NCBI GenBank assembly: GCA_051652765.1
Contig: JBOFUV010000008.1
Span: forward strand, 1-40,000
Length of the DNA stretch: 40,000 bases
Source of the DNA: Microcoleaceae cyanobacterium
Lineage (GTDB): Bacteria; Cyanobacteriota; Cyanobacteriia; Cyanobacteriales; Microcoleaceae
Reading direction: 5' to 3'
Within the stretch, counting starts at the first letter, position 1. Each line of letters begins with the position of its first letter. The notes beneath the pieces are model-generated. The model was given only the letters and a program-made list of their open reading frames with translations. It made no database searches and was not told the origin of the DNA. Position numbers and translations under genes: made by a program. This document shows, piece after piece, positions 38,584-40,000 of the stretch.

Positions 38584-39930
38584 TTACAAATTCGGGCCAA
38601 CCAAAGAGAGATAAGGCTCCATCCCAAAGTAACGTTGGGCAGCGGTATGGGCTTCAGCGGTTGTAACCTGAGCAATGTCAGCTTGAAACTGAGTATCAAA
38701 TTCCAGCCCCAACCCTAGAATTTCGTACCAGCCATAAATTTGCGCGAGTTGACCATTCGTTTGTTTTCCTAGGGCATACTGGCCCAGTAGTTTGTTTTTC
38801 GCAACTTGGAGTTCATCTTCAGTCAAAGGGGCCGCCACCAACCGTTCAACTTCAGTCCGTAAACCCTCCGTGGCGATCGCCGTATTCTCAGGGGCAGTGC
38901 CGATATAAACGACAAACTGGGATTCATCTAAACGGGTGGGATAAAAGGCGGAAACATCATAGGCCAGCCCTCGCTTTTCCCGTAATTCCACAAACAGACG
39001 GCTTGATAATCCATTGCCAAGGTAAGTGTTCAAGAGCTTGAGAGCCAGATAATCTGGATGATGTACAGAACTGGCAAGGTAACCCAGCATAATCACAGAT
39101 TGCTGAGTGGGTCGAGATAGGGTTACGGTTTGGGGGTTCGGAATGACAGCGGCCAGGTTTAATTCTGGCAAAGCGATGTCAGGAATCGGCCAATCCCCAA
39201 AAATCTGTTCAACTTTCTCTAGGGCAAAATCTACAGTAATTCGACCTGCGATAGACAAAATCACGTTGTCTGGGCGAAAGTAGGTTTGGTGGTAGGCTTG
39301 TACGTCAGCTCGACTCAACTGAGCAACGGTTTCTTCTGTTCCCAGGCTGGATAGGGCGTAAGGATGATCTTGGTACATCATTTGCCGCAACTGTTCAAAG
39401 GCAATGGAAAAGGGTTGTTCTTGCTGAGATCGGATGCCTTGAATGGTAATGCGACGTTCCAGCTCAATTTCTGCTTCCGGAAAGGAGGGCGATCGCAATA
39501 GTTCTGCTGCTAAACTAAGAACTTCACCAAAATCTGCCGAGACGGTTTTCAAGCTGATCAAAAAGTAGTCATTGGCTGCATCTGCACTGAGTCGTGCGCC
39601 AATAGATTCTACCCGCTCTGCAATTTCTAAAGAAGAGAGCTGTTCTGTTCCTTTGGTCATTACAGTTGCCAGTAGATGGGAGACTCCTGCTTGTTCTCGA
39701 CTTTCCCAGCGGCTCCCTGTCCGGAGAAAAATCCGAGCTGATACAATATCTGCGGCTGGGTTTTCTGTTACCAACAACACCAAACCATTGGGCAGAACTT
39801 GACGATGAACGTGTTGATGAAGCGTAGATTGACTTAGAGTTTGAGTCACAGTTTGATCAGTTAATTTCAAGGACAGATTATCAGGTTTTAGCACAGCTCT
39901 TCTAGTTCGATCAGTCAATTTTCTCACCAC
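38584..39930 (-). CDS. M16-family (pitrilysin-like) peptidase, non-catalytic type
   Basis: 448 aa. 'LPNGLVLLV.ENP', and 'GVSHLLATVMTKGT' sits where active M16 enzymes carry 'HxxEH...KG(T/S)'. A second M16 half-domain is present. GTG start at 39930 (or 39927). Confidence 0.75.
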   Translation of the reverse strand: MVRKLTDRTRRAVLKPDNLSLKLTDQTVTQTLSQSTLHQHVHRQVLPNGLVLLVTENPAADIVSARIFLRTGSRWESREQAGVSHLLATVMTKGTEQLSSLEIAERVESIGARLSADAANDYFLISLKTVSADFGEVLSLAAELLRSPSFPEAEIELERRITIQGIRSQQEQPFSIAFEQLRQMMYQDHPYALSSLGTEETVAQLSRADVQAYHQTYFRPDNVILSIAGRITVDFALEKVEQIFGDWPIPDIALPELNLAAVIPNPQTVTLSRPTQQSVIMLGYLASSVHHPDYLALKLLNTYLGNGLSSRLFVELREKRGLAYDVSAFYPTRLDESQFVVYIGTAPENTAIATEGLRTEVERLVAAPLTEDELQVAKNKLLGQYALGKQTNGQLAQIYGWYEILGLGLEFDTQFQADIAQVTTAEAHTAAQRYFGMEPYLSLVGPNL

Positions 39931-40000
39931 TGAGAATAAACATGGGATTTACGGCTTCAAAGGTTTGGTGACTGCCTCGCCGTTCCAAACGATTAATTGA

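Noticed and set aside
38454-38699. 81-aa minus-strand ORF overlapping the 3' end of the M16 gene.
   Set aside because: It overlaps the supported M16 CDS in another frame and extends into the AT-rich repeat array. It is probably spurious.
39931-40000. 3' end of an upstream minus-strand gene at the window edge.
   Set aside because: Two minus-strand frames are open from the edge. One ends at 39949. The other overlaps the M16 start and ends at 39911. Seventy nucleotides are too few to choose a frame or assign a function.

Overview
Chromosomal segment from a cyanobacterium. Evidence: at least 18 copies of the HIP1 palindrome GCGATCGC by manual scan, an F0F1 ATP synthase with both b and b-prime subunits, and strong matches to Anabaena mys genes. 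Core content, left to right: 3' part of a CHAT-domain gene; the large ATP synthase operon (protein I, a, c, b-prime, b, delta, alpha, gamma); gpsA; a DUF1574/SGNH-like secreted protein; a TetR regulator with an extra C-terminal domain, divergent from a delta-9 desaturase (desC); a NYN/YacP-like gene. Then a mycosporine-like amino acid (MAA) cluster mysA-mysB-mysC plus a 1356-aa C-A-T-TE NRPS, a convergent 276-aa isopropylmalate-synthase-like TIM barrel, and a DUF2993 protein. Then a decayed type III restriction-modification locus: res has a large internal deletion, and mod carries a nonsense codon, a frameshift and a 3' truncation. It holds a Uma2 nuclease and a three-gene toxin-antitoxin cassette. 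Then a Tat-signal beta-propeller, tgt, a hypothetical, pgk, usp, ylqF, an EamA transporter, the small ATP synthase operon (beta, epsilon) and a non-catalytic M16 peptidase. I saw no rRNA, tRNA, CRISPR array, transposase or integrase gene. Most worth a second look: (1) the MAA cluster variant with a condensation-like domain carrying a non-canonical LHQLSGD motif, plus its co-located AT-rich truncated IPMS-like gene; (2) the TetR / tyrosine-recombinase-like fusion; (3) a 13.6-kb HIP1-free, compositionally mosaic block (about 16.5-30.0 kb) covering mysC-mysE and the defence-gene graveyard; (4) many short tandem or periodic repeats in intergenic spacers and at gene 3' ends. All family assignments come from reading motifs by eye. 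No database search was run.
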